A stretch of DNA of 64,000 nucleotides from an uncultured Roseovarius sp. (GCA_947499555.1 CANMOU010000003.1:258979-322978); one strand, 5' to 3'; positions 38,224 through 47,891 are shown, counted from the first letter of the stretch. Translations and numbers: made by a program. Notes: generated by a model not told the origin, from the sequence alone.

Positions 38224-39390
38224 TCATGCCATCCAGTTTCCCGTGAAATCCTTTGGAATCATCAGGATATCCCGATTCACCTTGGTGATGTCGGTATGCC
38301 CGCAAAACGCCATTGAGATGTCGAGTTCTTTGTGGATCACCTCAAGCGCTTTGGTCACGCCAGCCTCGCCCATGGCCCCCAAACCATAAACATAAGCGCG
38401 CCCGATATAAGTGCCTTTTGCCCCAAGGGCGATGGCCTTGAGAACGTCCTGGCCTGAGCGAATGCCGCTGTCGAGATGCACCTCGATCTTGTCGCCTACC
38501 GCATCCATGATCTCGGGCAGGGCCCGTATGGCCGAAAGCGCACCGTCAAGCTGGCGCCCGCCATGGTTGGAGACGATGATCGCATCTGCGCCCACGTTAA
38601 GCGCCTCTTTTGCATCGCGCGCATCAATGATGCCTTTGATGATGAGCGGCCCGTCCCACATTTTGCGAAACTGGCGAATGCGGTCCCAGTTGAGCGCCTC
38701 GTCAAAGGCCTCTGCTGTCCACGAACTCAGCGAAGAGGGATCGGTCACACCGCTGGCATGGCCGACGATGTTGCCGAAGAACCGCCGTTTCGTGCCAAGC
38801 ATGCCCAAGCCCCACTGCACCTTGGTCATCATATTGGCCACGGATTTGACGGTCAGTTTTGGCGGGGCGCTGAGCCCGTTTTTGAGATCATTGTGGCGTT
38901 GCCCCAGAACCTGCAGGTCAACGGTAATCACAGCCGCCGAACATTTCGCATCCCTTGCGCGGTCAAAGAGCCGCTGCATGAAATCATCGTCCTTGAGCGT
39001 GTAGACCTGCATCCAGAAGGGTTTGGTGGTGTGCTCGGCCACATCCTCGATCGAACAGATCGACATGGTCGAAAGCGTATAGGGCACGCCAAAGGCTTCT
39101 GCCGCGCGGGCCGCTTTGATCTCACCATCGGCATGCTGCATGCCTGTGAGGCCAACCGGCGCCAGCGCCACCGGCATCGACACATCCTGTCCGATCATCT
39201 GTGTCGCTGTGGAGCGTCCCGACATGTCCACGGCAATCCGCTGACGCAGGTAGATATCCTGAAAATCCGAGGTGTTCTCGCGAAAGGTTTGCTCTGTCCA
39301 GCTGCCGCTTTCGGCGTAGTCATAAAACATCTTCGGCACACGGCGGCGGTAGATGCGTTTGAGATCGTCAATATTGGTGATGACGGGCAT
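38224..39390 (-). CDS. lldD: FMN-dependent L-lactate/alpha-hydroxy-acid dehydrogenase
   Basis: 388 aa; FMN-binding barrel motifs (SNHGGRQLD, catalytic His region) of the glycolate oxidase/LldD family. Confidence 0.9.
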   Translation of the reverse strand: MPVITNIDDLKRIYRRRVPKMFYDYAESGSWTEQTFRENTSDFQDIYLRQRIAVDMSGRSTATQMIGQDVSMPVALAPVGLTGMQHADGEIKAARAAEAFGVPYTLSTMSICSIEDVAEHTTKPFWMQVYTLKDDDFMQRLFDRARDAKCSAAVITVDLQVLGQRHNDLKNGLSAPPKLTVKSVANMMTKVQWGLGMLGTKRRFFGNIVGHASGVTDPSSLSSWTAEAFDEALNWDRIRQFRKMWDGPLIIKGIIDARDAKEALNVGADAIIVSNHGGRQLDGALSAIRALPEIMDAVGDKIEVHLDSGIRSGQDVLKAIALGAKGTYIGRAYVYGLGAMGEAGVTKALEVIHKELDISMAFCGHTDITKVNRDILMIPKDFTGNWMA

Positions 39391-39500
39391 GGTATGTTGG
39401 ACTCAGTTATATTTGGTAAAGATTGTTTACCAATTTTTGCCGCGCTGTTCAATATCAATAATCTTTCTTAACATGAGATGGAACCTGGGAAGGGGGCGAC

Positions 39501-39941
39501 ATGTTTTTTGACGATCTGACTGAGGGCTATTCCTTCGAAACAAAGTCCCGGACATTGACCGAAGACGCCATAATCGGTTTCGCCAAACTTTGGGATCCAC
39601 AACCGTTTCACCTAGATCATGAAGCCGCCGCCCAATCGGCCTTTGGTAAGCTCATCGCCAGCGGATACCACACCCTTCTGACCAGTTTCGTTCTCACGCT
39701 TGAAACGGAGATATGGAATGAAGCGTCCATGGGGTCTCCTGGTATGGATGAGCTGCGCTGGATCGCGCCGGTCAATCCGGGTGACTCATTGCGGGCGAGA
39801 GGCACGGTTCGGTCAAGCACACCTTCGCGCTCTCGAACAGATCGCGGAAGAACCGTGGTTTACTATGAAGTGCTTAACCAGAATGATCAGGTTGTGATGA
39901 GTTATCTTACCACGCACATTCTGCGCCGACGTAACGCTTGA
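39501..39941 (+). CDS. MaoC-family (R)-hydratase/dehydratase
   Basis: 146 aa hot-dog fold, FHLDHEAA motif. Its stop abuts the trpA stop with no intergenic bases. Confidence 0.8.
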   Translation: MFFDDLTEGYSFETKSRTLTEDAIIGFAKLWDPQPFHLDHEAAAQSAFGKLIASGYHTLLTSFVLTLETEIWNEASMGSPGMDELRWIAPVNPGDSLRARGTVRSSTPSRSRTDRGRTVVYYEVLNQNDQVVMSYLTTHILRRRNA

Positions 39942-40733
39942 TCAGGCCGAATGCGCACCGCCCGCCAGACCGCGCACAAATTCGAGCACATCCGCAGGGC
40001 TTTTGCCCTCGCCCAGCTTGGCGACGATGGCCGAGCCCACGACGCAGCCATCGGCCACACTAGCGATATCGCGTGAGGTTTCCGGCGTGCGAATGCCGAA
40101 GCCCACAACGATGGGCAGGTCGGTGGCCGCCTTGATACGCGCCACTTCGGGCCCAACATCGGCTGCCTGAGCCGCAGCCGCCCCGGTGATGCCGGTGATC
40201 GACACGTAATAGACAAAGCCGGACGTGTTCTGCAGCACCTTGGGCAGGCGCTTGTCATCCGTGGTGGGGGTCGCCAGTCGGATGAAGTTGAGCCCCGCCG
40301 CCTGCGCCGGAATGCACAGCTCGTCATCTTCTTCGGGCGGCAGGTCCACCACGATCAGTCCGTCAATACCAGCCGCCTTGGCGTCGGCCAGGAATTGATC
40401 AACGCCGTGATTAAAGATCGGGTTGTAATAGCCCATCAGCACAATGGGCGTTGTATCGTCGCCCTTGCGAAATTCCGCAGCCATCTGAAGCGTGCGATCA
40501 AGCGTCATGCCGGCCTCAAGCGCCCGTTGACCTGCCAGTTGAATGGTCGGTCCATCGGCCATCGGATCGGTAAAGGGCAAGCCCAGCTCAATTACATCGA
40601 CGCCTGCTCCGGGCAAGCCTTTGACCACCTCCAGCGAGGTCTCATAATCCGGATCGCCCGCCATAATATACGCCACGAAGGCTTTCTTTCCGGCGGCCTG
40701 AAGCTCTGCGAATTTGGCGTCGATACGGGTCAT
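39942..40733 (-). CDS. trpA: Tryptophan synthase alpha chain
   Basis: [15 protein letters not shown] and GFGI motifs; 263 aa. Confidence 0.95.
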   Translation of the reverse strand: MTRIDAKFAELQAAGKKAFVAYIMAGDPDYETSLEVVKGLPGAGVDVIELGLPFTDPMADGPTIQLAGQRALEAGMTLDRTLQMAAEFRKGDDTTPIVLMGYYNPIFNHGVDQFLADAKAAGIDGLIVVDLPPEEDDELCIPAQAAGLNFIRLATPTTDDKRLPKVLQNTSGFVYYVSITGITGAAAAQAADVGPEVARIKAATDLPIVVGFGIRTPETSRDIASVADGCVVGSAIVAKLGEGKSPADVLEFVRGLAGGAHSA

Positions 40734-40879
40734 GGATGTCCTCGGTTCACTGCACCCCCCGTTTGGCGAAACATTTCACGGAAATCAATGGGTGTAGGTG
40801 TGGAATTGTGGAGCAGCCCGTTGCGGAGCCACCCCGATCCGCATAGAAGGCGCGGCAGATCAGCCAAGCGAGGTAGGCC

Positions 40880-41977
40880 ATGGGCTTCAAAATGGGAATC
40901 GTGGGACTGCCGAATGTGGGCAAGTCGACGCTTTTTAACGCGCTGACCAAGACGGCGGCGGCGCAGGCGGCGAATTTCCCGTTCTGCACGATCGAGCCCA
41001 ATGTGGGTGAGGTTGCTGTGCCCGACGCGCGGCTTGATAAGCTGGCGGAAATTGCACAATCCAAGCAGGTGATCCCGACGCGCATGACCTTTGTTGATAT
41101 TGCGGGCCTTGTGAAAGGGGCGAGCAAGGGCGAGGGGCTGGGCAACCAGTTTCTGGCCAATATCCGTGAGGTGGATGCCATTGCCCATGTGCTGCGGTGT
41201 TTTGAGGATGGTGATGTCACCCATGTCGAGGGCCGCGTCGATCCCGTCGAAGACGCCGATGTGATCGAAACTGAATTGATGCTGGCCGATCTGGAAAGCA
41301 TCGAGAAACGTCGTGCGGGTCTGGTGCGCAAGCTCAAAGGCAATGACAAGGAAGCGGTGCAGCAGGATCGGCTTCTGGCTGCGGCGCAAGTGATGCTGGA
41401 AGATGGCAAACCGGCGCGTCTGGTTGAGGTGGATGCCGAGGACGCACGCGTCTGGAAAAACCTGCAGCTCTTGACCACCAAACCCATTCTTTACGTCTGC
41501 AACGTGGATGAGGGGAATGCTGCCTCGGGCAATGATCATTCCGCCGCCGTCGCCAAGATGGCAGCAGAGCAGGGCGCGGCCCATGTGGTAATCTCAGCTC
41601 AGATCGAGGAAGAGATCAGTCAGCTTGAGGAAGACGAAGCCGCGATGTTCCTGGAGGAAATGGGGCTGACAGAGGCGGGTCTCGACCGGCTCATCCGTGC
41701 AGGCTACGACCTATTGCAGTTGGAAACCTATTTCACCGCAGGCCCCAAAGAGGCCCGCGCCTGGACCATCAAGGCCGGCACCGCCGCACCACAGGCGGCC
41801 AGTGTGATTCACGGGGATTTCGAGAAAGGCTTTATCCGTGCCGAAACCATTGCCTATGACGATTATGTTGCGCTGGGCGGGGAACAGGCGGCTAAGGAAG
41901 CAGGCAAGATGCGCGCCGAAGGGAAGGGGTACATCGTCAAGGACGGCGATGTGCTGCATTTCTTGTTTAATACGTGA
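40880..41977 (+). CDS. ychF: Ribosome-binding ATPase YchF
   Basis: G1 [13 protein letters not shown]-terminal domain; 365 aa. Confidence 0.95.
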   Translation: MGFKMGIVGLPNVGKSTLFNALTKTAAAQAANFPFCTIEPNVGEVAVPDARLDKLAEIAQSKQVIPTRMTFVDIAGLVKGASKGEGLGNQFLANIREVDAIAHVLRCFEDGDVTHVEGRVDPVEDADVIETELMLADLESIEKRRAGLVRKLKGNDKEAVQQDRLLAAAQVMLEDGKPARLVEVDAEDARVWKNLQLLTTKPILYVCNVDEGNAASGNDHSAAVAKMAAEQGAAHVVISAQIEEEISQLEEDEAAMFLEEMGLTEAGLDRLIRAGYDLLQLETYFTAGPKEARAWTIKAGTAAPQAASVIHGDFEKGFIRAETIAYDDYVALGGEQAAKEAGKMRAEGKGYIVKDGDVLHFLFNT

Positions 41978-42057
41978 TTTGGCAAGCGACGGCGGAAACT
42001 TTGAAAGCAATCGCACCGTGGCTATATCGTGGCCATGGATGAAATGACTGGCGTGAC

Positions 42058-42873
42058 ATGTCCCATCTTTTGATCGTCGGCCTGATCTGCATTGGGCTGG
42101 GTTTTTGGCTCTACCGGCGGCGCAAGGCCAAGGAAGCACGGCAGGCGCTTTTGCAATCTCCGCTCTCTGAGGTCGAACGCCAGGTCACGCTCGAGCAGGT
42201 GCCTTTGTTGCACAATATGCCGTCCGATCTGCGCGCGAAACTCGAAGGCAAGATGAACCTGTTTCTCGATCAGGTTGAGTTCATCGGCTGCAACGGGCTG
42301 GAAATCACGGAAGAGATGGAGCTGTCAATCGCCGCGCAGGCCTGTTTGCTCGTGGTCAACACCGATGCGTGGTATGTCCACCTGCGCACCGTTCTGGTCT
42401 ATCCCGGTGCTTTCAAATCCAAAACAACAGAGCATGATGGCTATGTCGTGCGCGAGGCAGAGGTCATTCGTTCTGGCGAAAGCTGGCAGTACGGGCCGGT
42501 AATCTTGTCCTGGGCCCATACGCAGCAGGGGGCGATCAATACCGAGGATGGCCACAACGTGGTGCTGCACGAGTTTGCCCATCAACTGGACAGCCTCTCA
42601 GGCCACACCGATGGCGCGCCGCTCTTGCCGAATGGTCAAAGCTTTGCCGAGTGGGATCGCGTGTTTGCAAAATCCTATAAACGCCACATCAAAAAGGTGG
42701 AGGCGGGCCACAAGACCCTGCTTGATGCCTATGGTGCGACATTACCAGAAGAGTTCTTTGCAGTGGCTGTCGAGGCTTTTTTCGAGAAACCCGCCGCCTT
42801 GCAAAAGGAAGAGCCGGAAGTTTATGCGCAGATCAAGGATTTGCTTCAGCTTGATCCCGTGGTTTGGCGTTAG
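42058..42873 (+). CDS. MtfA-like (M90) zinc peptidase, N-terminal membrane anchor
   Basis: HEFAHQLD zinc motif and an N-terminal TM helix; YeeI/MtfA family pattern. Confidence 0.7.
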   Translation: MSHLLIVGLICIGLGFWLYRRRKAKEARQALLQSPLSEVERQVTLEQVPLLHNMPSDLRAKLEGKMNLFLDQVEFIGCNGLEITEEMELSIAAQACLLVVNTDAWYVHLRTVLVYPGAFKSKTTEHDGYVVREAEVIRSGESWQYGPVILSWAHTQQGAINTEDGHNVVLHEFAHQLDSLSGHTDGAPLLPNGQSFAEWDRVFAKSYKRHIKKVEAGHKTLLDAYGATLPEEFFAVAVEAFFEKPAALQKEEPEVYAQIKDLLQLDPVVWR

Positions 42874-43017
42874 TCTTGGGGCGTATGCCAGGCTTTGACG
42901 AATTTTCGGCGCAGTCTTAACGCGCCATAGGTCAACACGGAGTCTATTGATGTGATGGCCATGGTAGGCTGGCCAACGAAGACATTCCATGGTGATCGCG
43001 GCTGGTGCTGTTCGAAC

Positions 43018-43914
43018 CTACCCGTTCCAACGCACGTCGCCGAAGCAACTTACATCATAACCCGCCTCGGACTGGGCGCGCGCCTGAAACGCTTTGCTTT
43101 GACAGAAAGCCGCGAAATCCTGCAATCCGTCATTGAACCAGGATTTGCAATCAATCAACAGATCAAACCGTTCCTCAATCACAGGCAGGAACCCCAGACC
43201 AAACTGCCTGGCCAGCGGTTCAAGCCCAAAGGTCGCGTCTGCCTCGCCTAGTAAGACGGCCTGCACGGCCTCCAGTTCGGTGCGCACACTGATCGCGGGC
43301 ACATATGCATCTGACGTTAAGCCAGCGATGTCCAAGAGATCACTTACCAATCGCGCGGTGCCGGACTCGGGCTGGCGTTCGGCAACACGTTTTCCGGCAA
43401 GGTCACGCACGTCTTTGATATTCTCTGATAAATTTGGAGAAACCACCAAGCCGCGCTGTCGCTTCGCAAAGGCAATCAGAACGAAGTTCTTATCCGCGCA
43501 GGTCTCTTCTACCAAGGGTATGTTCCAACTGTCCGAACCCGCGTCATAGACATGCAACCCGGCAGCAACGCCTTCTCCCCCGCGCAGACGGGCCAGCCCA
43601 TCCAGACTGCCGTCAAAAAAGGTCGCCAAACCACAGCGGGAGTGCCGCAGCGCCCATTCCAGCAGCGGATCGTGACTGCCCAGAAACACCGCCGGACGCG
43701 GCCCGGTCTGTGTGCCGCCTGATTGACCACGTCCGATCCAGGACTGAATTTCCTTGCGCGGGAAAAGCAGCTTGCCCGTCACCCGAGAGCAGGGGACTTC
43801 GCCAGAGGCGGCCAGATCGTAAACCTTGCGTTCTTTCAATCGCAAGAGGTCTGCCAACTCTTTCACGGTCAGGTAATCCGGTTCGGTTTTCATTCCGATA
43901 TCAGACATTGTCAC
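43018..43914 (-). CDS. Transcriptional regulator: excisionase/MerR-type HTH fused to periplasmic-binding-protein-like domain (tungstate/molybdate-type)
   Basis: N-terminal LTVKELADLLRLKERKVYDLAASGEVP HTH; the C-terminal ~230 aa are PBP-like. It is co-linear with the tupABC-like genes. Confidence 0.7.
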   Translation of the reverse strand: MTMSDIGMKTEPDYLTVKELADLLRLKERKVYDLAASGEVPCSRVTGKLLFPRKEIQSWIGRGQSGGTQTGPRPAVFLGSHDPLLEWALRHSRCGLATFFDGSLDGLARLRGGEGVAAGLHVYDAGSDSWNIPLVEETCADKNFVLIAFAKRQRGLVVSPNLSENIKDVRDLAGKRVAERQPESGTARLVSDLLDIAGLTSDAYVPAISVRTELEAVQAVLLGEADATFGLEPLARQFGLGFLPVIEERFDLLIDCKSWFNDGLQDFAAFCQSKAFQARAQSEAGYDVSCFGDVRWNG

Positions 43915-44723
43915 TCCGCCGCATTAGGAAAGAAAAGCTGCTCGCCCGCGCGTTCAAACTCGCCAATTGCCGATTGTCCGTCCTTGGACAAAAGCCAATC
44001 CGCAAAGGCCTTCGCCTCATCCAGGGCAACATTCGCGCAATGTGCCGGGTTCACGACGATGATGCCATATTGGTTGAAAAGGGCAGGATCACCGTCAAAA
44101 AGGATTTCGAAATCGGCTTTGTTGCCAAAGCTGAGCCATGTGGCGCGGTCCGTCATCACATAGGCCGCCATGCCAATGCCGGTGTTCAGCGTGGCCCCCA
44201 TGCCGGATCCTGTTTCACGATACCACGTTCCCGAATCCGCCGATGGATTGAGACCAGCCATTTCCCAAAGCTGCCGCTCTTTCTTATGCGTTCCGCTGTC
44301 ATCTCCACGCGAGGCGAAAAGCGCGCCGCTTTCGGCAATTTGGGTCAGCGCCGTGCCGATATCCCGAAGCCCCCTAATGCCGCCCGGGTCGTCTGCAGGA
44401 CCGACAATGACAAAGTCATTATACATCAGATCCGAACGCGGCAGGCCGTACCCCTCGGCGACAAACGCCTCTTCCGCCGCTTTGGCATGCACCAAAAGAA
44501 CGTCCCCGTCACAATTGGCAGCATTCTTGATGGCCTGTCCGGTGCCGACAGCCACCACATTGACCGCAATGCCCGCTTTTTTCTCGAAAATAGGCAACAG
44601 ATGATCATACAGGCCGGAATTGGCCGTCGATGTCGTGGATTGTACGATGATTGATGACTGGGCAGAGGCCGCACTTGCCAGCAATGCGCCGAAGATCAGG
44701 GGTGTCAGTTGCTTTAGAACCAA
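43911..44723 (-). CDS. tupA: Tungstate ABC transporter substrate-binding protein
   Basis: Signal peptide plus the TTTS-type anion-binding motif (QSTTSTANSGLYDHL). Confidence 0.75.
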   Translation of the reverse strand: MVLKQLTPLIFGALLASAASAQSSIIVQSTTSTANSGLYDHLLPIFEKKAGIAVNVVAVGTGQAIKNAANCDGDVLLVHAKAAEEAFVAEGYGLPRSDLMYNDFVIVGPADDPGGIRGLRDIGTALTQIAESGALFASRGDDSGTHKKERQLWEMAGLNPSADSGTWYRETGSGMGATLNTGIGMAAYVMTDRATWLSFGNKADFEILFDGDPALFNQYGIIVVNPAHCANVALDEAKAFADWLLSKDGQSAIGEFERAGEQLFFPNAAE

Positions 44724-44745
44724 GAAAATACCTCCATCCGGGCCG

Positions 44746-45495
44746 TCATGTCAGGATCTCGCCTGCGAGATAGGCCCGCGCCGCAGAGCTTTGCGGCGCA
44801 TCGAAAAACGCACTGGCTGCGGAATGTTCAAGAAGCCGCCCGCGATGCAAGAAGACCACGTCTTCAGCAAGGCGCCGAGCCTGTCCAATATCGTGGGTGA
44901 CAAAGAAAACCTTGGTGCCGCCCGACGCGGCCTCTGTCACGATGTTTTCGATCAATTGAACTGCTGCCGGGTCGAGATTTGCCGTCGGCTCATCAAGCAA
45001 GAGCACATCTGGCTCCGTCGCCAGTGCGCGGGCCAGCGCAAGCCGCTGCTGTTCACCGCCCGAAAGCCGTCGGGCAGGATGCTGCACAAGATGCAGAAGT
45101 CCGACACGCGCCAGAGCAGCGTCCCGACGCCCCGGATCTTGTCGCCCGCGTGTGCGAAGTACAAAATCCACATTTGCCGCAACCGACCGGCGCAGAAGAA
45201 CCGGTTTTTGAAACACAAGCGCCTGCTGGCGCGTGATTTCGGGTGAAAGTGGTTTGCCGTACCAGTGAACTTGCCCGTCGCTGGGCGGCAGAATTCCATG
45301 CAAAAGGCGCAATAGCACGCTCTTGCCGGCCCCGTTTGGCCCCATCAGAACCGTGATGCCTTGGGTGCGGATGTCAAAAGAAACATCTTGCAAAAGCCTG
45401 TGCCCGTCTATGTTGTAGCCAAGGCCGTTGACAGCCAGACTTGCTGCGGTCGATGGGACAGCGGTTTGCGCGCAATTTTGTGTCATGTCACGCAT
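44746..45495 (-). CDS. tupC: Tungstate ABC transporter ATP-binding protein
   Basis: Walker A GPNGAGKS, signature LSGGEQQR. Start ambiguous: the two candidate ATG triplets end at 45486 and 45495. Confidence 0.8.
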   Translation of the reverse strand: MRDMTQNCAQTAVPSTAASLAVNGLGYNIDGHRLLQDVSFDIRTQGITVLMGPNGAGKSVLLRLLHGILPPSDGQVHWYGKPLSPEITRQQALVFQKPVLLRRSVAANVDFVLRTRGRQDPGRRDAALARVGLLHLVQHPARRLSGGEQQRLALARALATEPDVLLLDEPTANLDPAAVQLIENIVTEAASGGTKVFFVTHDIGQARRLAEDVVFLHRGRLLEHSAASAFFDAPQSSAARAYLAGEILT

Positions 45496-46195
45496 AGGCT
45501 TTTCGCTCTGCGCTAAGCCGGACACCCTGTACCGCGGCATTTATGGCCAGGGCGATCACCATCAGGACAAGCCCAAGCGCCAATGCCAACGCCAGCTCGC
45601 CCCGTGACGTTTCAAGCGCAATCGCCGTTGTCATCACACGTGTCAGGTGATCGATATTGCCACCCACGATCATGACCGCGCCCACCTCTGCCACGGCCCG
45701 GCCAAACCCGGCCAGAGCTACGGTCAAAAGCGAATAGCGACCGTCCCAGATCAGAACCTGCATGGCCTGCGCTCGGCTCAGCGCAAAAGACCGAAACTGC
45801 TCGGCATATTCGGTGTTGAGATCTTCAAGCACCTGCCGCGAAAGCGCAGCAACAATCGGCGTTATGAGGATGGTCTGGGCGATGATCATCGCCGTCGGTG
45901 TGTAGAGCAGCCCCAGAAACCCCAAAGGCCCAGCGCGCGACAAATGCAGATAAACGATCAGCCCCACCACTACCGGGGGCAGCCCCATCAGCGCATTGAG
46001 TGCCACGATCACAGTGCCGCGCCCTCTGAACCGCGCAATCGCAAGATACGCCCCAAGCGGCAAGCCGATCAGGCAGGCCAAAAGCACCGCACTTATACTG
46101 ACGCGCAGCGAAAGCCAGACGATCTCAAGCAGATCGCGATCACCTCTCAGGATCAGGTCAAAGGCCAACCCGAATGCGGATTCAAACTCTTGCAT
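45488..46195 (-). CDS. tupB: Tungstate ABC transporter permease
   Basis: 5-6 TM permease with an EAA-like loop. Confidence 0.8.
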   Translation of the reverse strand: MQEFESAFGLAFDLILRGDRDLLEIVWLSLRVSISAVLLACLIGLPLGAYLAIARFRGRGTVIVALNALMGLPPVVVGLIVYLHLSRAGPLGFLGLLYTPTAMIIAQTILITPIVAALSRQVLEDLNTEYAEQFRSFALSRAQAMQVLIWDGRYSLLTVALAGFGRAVAEVGAVMIVGGNIDHLTRVMTTAIALETSRGELALALALGLVLMVIALAINAAVQGVRLSAERKAYA

Positions 46196-46209
46196 TGCCT
46201 CCCCAAAGT

Positions 46210-46251
46210 TGCAAAATTTACCTTAACAAGCATTAATCCGGAAATTTTGCA
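46210..46251. promoter_or_regulatory. Inverted repeat TGCAAAATTT-N22-AAATTTTGCA in the tup promoter region
   Basis: 10-bp perfect arms upstream of the tupB start, in an AT-rich context. Confidence 0.35.
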
Positions 46252-46358
46252 GTTAATCAATCAAAACCTGTGGCGGGCGGACGTTCCAGTCGAGCGCCAG
46301 ACAATCGTCATGGGTTTTTCGCTTGTTTTCCCGAAACCCGGCCCATAGACAGGCCAGC

Positions 46359-46405
46359 GGAGACGTGGCCGAGTGGTCGAAGGCGCTCCCCGTTTGCGGG
46401 AGTAG
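46359..46405 (+). pseudogene. Displaced 5' fragment of tRNA-Ser (acceptor, D-arm, anticodon stem; altered loop) - island boundary
   Basis: GGAGACGTGGCCGAGTGGTCGAAGGCGCTCCCC...GGGAGTAG is identical to 47802-47834 and 47841-47848 of the intact tRNA-Ser. The loop differs (GTTTGC vs TGCTAA) and the 3' half is absent. Confidence 0.75.
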
Positions 46406-46563
46406 ACGTCGGAAAATTACCTTTTTAGATCAATGTGTTGTCGCGCCCAGAATGGTGCGATGTACGGATTTTGCACATTTCTTACCGCATTGAAAATAAA
46501 CAATAATCATCTTAAGATTGCAGAAATCGAAGAAAGAAATGCCCGTCGCAAGACAGGCACTTT

Positions 46564-47046
46564 TTAGTCAGTTGGAACCCCCAGCCGAATGGACATTGCA
46601 CTCGTCGATACTTGAAAAGTATCTGCCAATGTATCAACCGAGGTTTCCCCGCCATCGATGTACAAATTCAAGAGTTCCCAAGGCATGAGAATATCGGCTG
46701 CAAGTCTATTGGCCTGTGCTTCCATCGAGTTGCTGAGCCTGCTTCGGTAAAGCCCATCATCTGCAATACCGTCACCAATCGAGTCTTGATGCAGGATAAA
46801 GTGCGCAATCTCATGTGCAGTGGTGAACCTACGTCGATTTACATGATGATCTTTGTTGACGTAAATTGCATACCCCGAAGCCCCGCCGTGTGCTTCGGAC
46901 CGCATGATTTTCCCGCTCAAGTCAGATGGCCAATTGGGAACATGATATACGTTCACTCCCAAGGAATTTGCGAGTGGAACGGTTTGGATCGGCGCATGGG
47001 TTTGATGCGCGCGTACAATCTCCATTTTTTCAACGTAAGTGAGCAT
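46564..47046 (-). CDS. ImmA/IrrE-family (DUF955, COG2856) metallopeptidase
   Basis: HEIAHFILH zinc motif in a ~160-aa protein. Strongly AT-rich codon usage that is foreign to the flanking genome. Confidence 0.75.
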   Translation of the reverse strand: MLTYVEKMEIVRAHQTHAPIQTVPLANSLGVNVYHVPNWPSDLSGKIMRSEAHGGASGYAIYVNKDHHVNRRRFTTAHEIAHFILHQDSIGDGIADDGLYRSRLSNSMEAQANRLAADILMPWELLNLYIDGGETSVDTLADTFQVSTSAMSIRLGVPTD

Positions 47047-47444
47047 TACTCCTCCTTGCCAGCTGGCACGGCTTCATCAGTAGGGGCATCTCCAACGTTA
47101 AAGTCCCCACTGCTTTCTGTTTGAGTATCTTTCCCTTTTTGATTTTGTTCATTTATCCATTTTAGCATTTGCTGATTGGCGGTTTTTCTAGCTTCATTAG
47201 TTGCTGCAGATTTTATGCCGGCGTACCCAAACAACCCGACCACGGCTATCAAAAAACCAACTAGGGCCAGAACGATCTCCAAAATCGTTATGTTTATAGC
47301 GAGGAGTTCAAGTGAGTAACCGTCGGTACGGTCCGGACCAATCGGTGCCAGCGTTTTTGCATCCCATAGTAGATATAAGAACAAAGCAGCAACACAGCAA
47401 GCAAATGCTATTACAAAAAGCAATATACTTTTGATGATTTCCAT
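47046..47444 (-). CDS. Hypothetical two-TM membrane protein (island cargo), translationally coupled to the ImmA/IrrE gene
   Basis: Two strong TM helices and an acidic C-terminal tail. Its stop overlaps the start of the downstream peptidase. AT-rich. Confidence 0.6.
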   Translation of the reverse strand: MEIIKSILLFVIAFACCVAALFLYLLWDAKTLAPIGPDRTDGYSLELLAINITILEIVLALVGFLIAVVGLFGYAGIKSAATNEARKTANQQMLKWINEQNQKGKDTQTESSGDFNVGDAPTDEAVPAGKEE

Positions 47445-47649
47445 GCTCGGCCCAGCGTTTGTCTGTGGACCTATACCGTGGGTTTTAAATTATTGCTAGC
47501 CGCGTGTGAGGTACATGTGCCGAAGCGCGACATCAGATTTCTGCAAATTCTTCCAGAAAGAAATGCGCCATACGTAGCCAAAACCACAGCCATGAACTGG
47601 GGCTTTTAAAGATCCGAACCGAGAACGTTTCGTGAAGGGTGTGCACGGA

Positions 47650-47705
47650 TTTTGCACGTTTTGCACGTGCACTTTCGTGGAAAACCGTGCACTTTCGTGG
47701 AAAAT
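47650..47705. repeat. Iteron-like short tandem repeats: 2x TTTTGCACG and 2x CGTGCACTTTCGTGGAAAA(C/T)
   Basis: Direct inspection of 47650-47705. A related motif, CGGATTTTGCAC, also occurs at the left island end (46467-46478). Confidence 0.6.
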
Positions 47706-47801
47706 CGTTTAATTTCAAGGGGTCAGCTGAAAACGTACATTTTTTGGATGGACCCAAAAAAAGCCTTGTATTTCCAACCTGTTACGAGATAGACCGAGCG
47801 G

Positions 47802-47891
47802 TGGAGACGTGGCCGAGTGGTCGAAGGCGCTCCCCTGCTAAGGGAGTAGGCGGGAAACCGTCTCGAGGGTTCGAATCCCTTCGTCTCCGCC
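47802..47891 (+). tRNA. tRNA-Ser (anticodon GCT)
   Basis: Acceptor GGAGACG/CGTCTCC, anticodon stem CTCCC/GGGAG with loop CTGCTAA, long variable arm, T-arm GAGGG-TTCGAAT-CCCTT, encoded GCCA 3' end. Confidence 0.9.

Noticed and set aside
39939-39944. Possible gene fusion or overlap between MaoC dehydratase and trpA
   Set aside because: The two genes are convergent and their stop codons abut (TGA then TCA). There is no overlap of coding sequence and no shared frame.
43434-44654. 406-aa plus-strand ORF
   Set aside because: It runs antisense through the tupA gene and the regulator gene, has an Arg/Pro/Ala-rich low-complexity composition and no motifs. It is a GC-driven spurious ORF.
47650-47705. 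Possible CRISPR array
   Set aside because: The repeats are short (9 and 20 bp) and tandem, with no unique spacers, and no cas genes are present. They are better explained as iteron or binding-site repeats.
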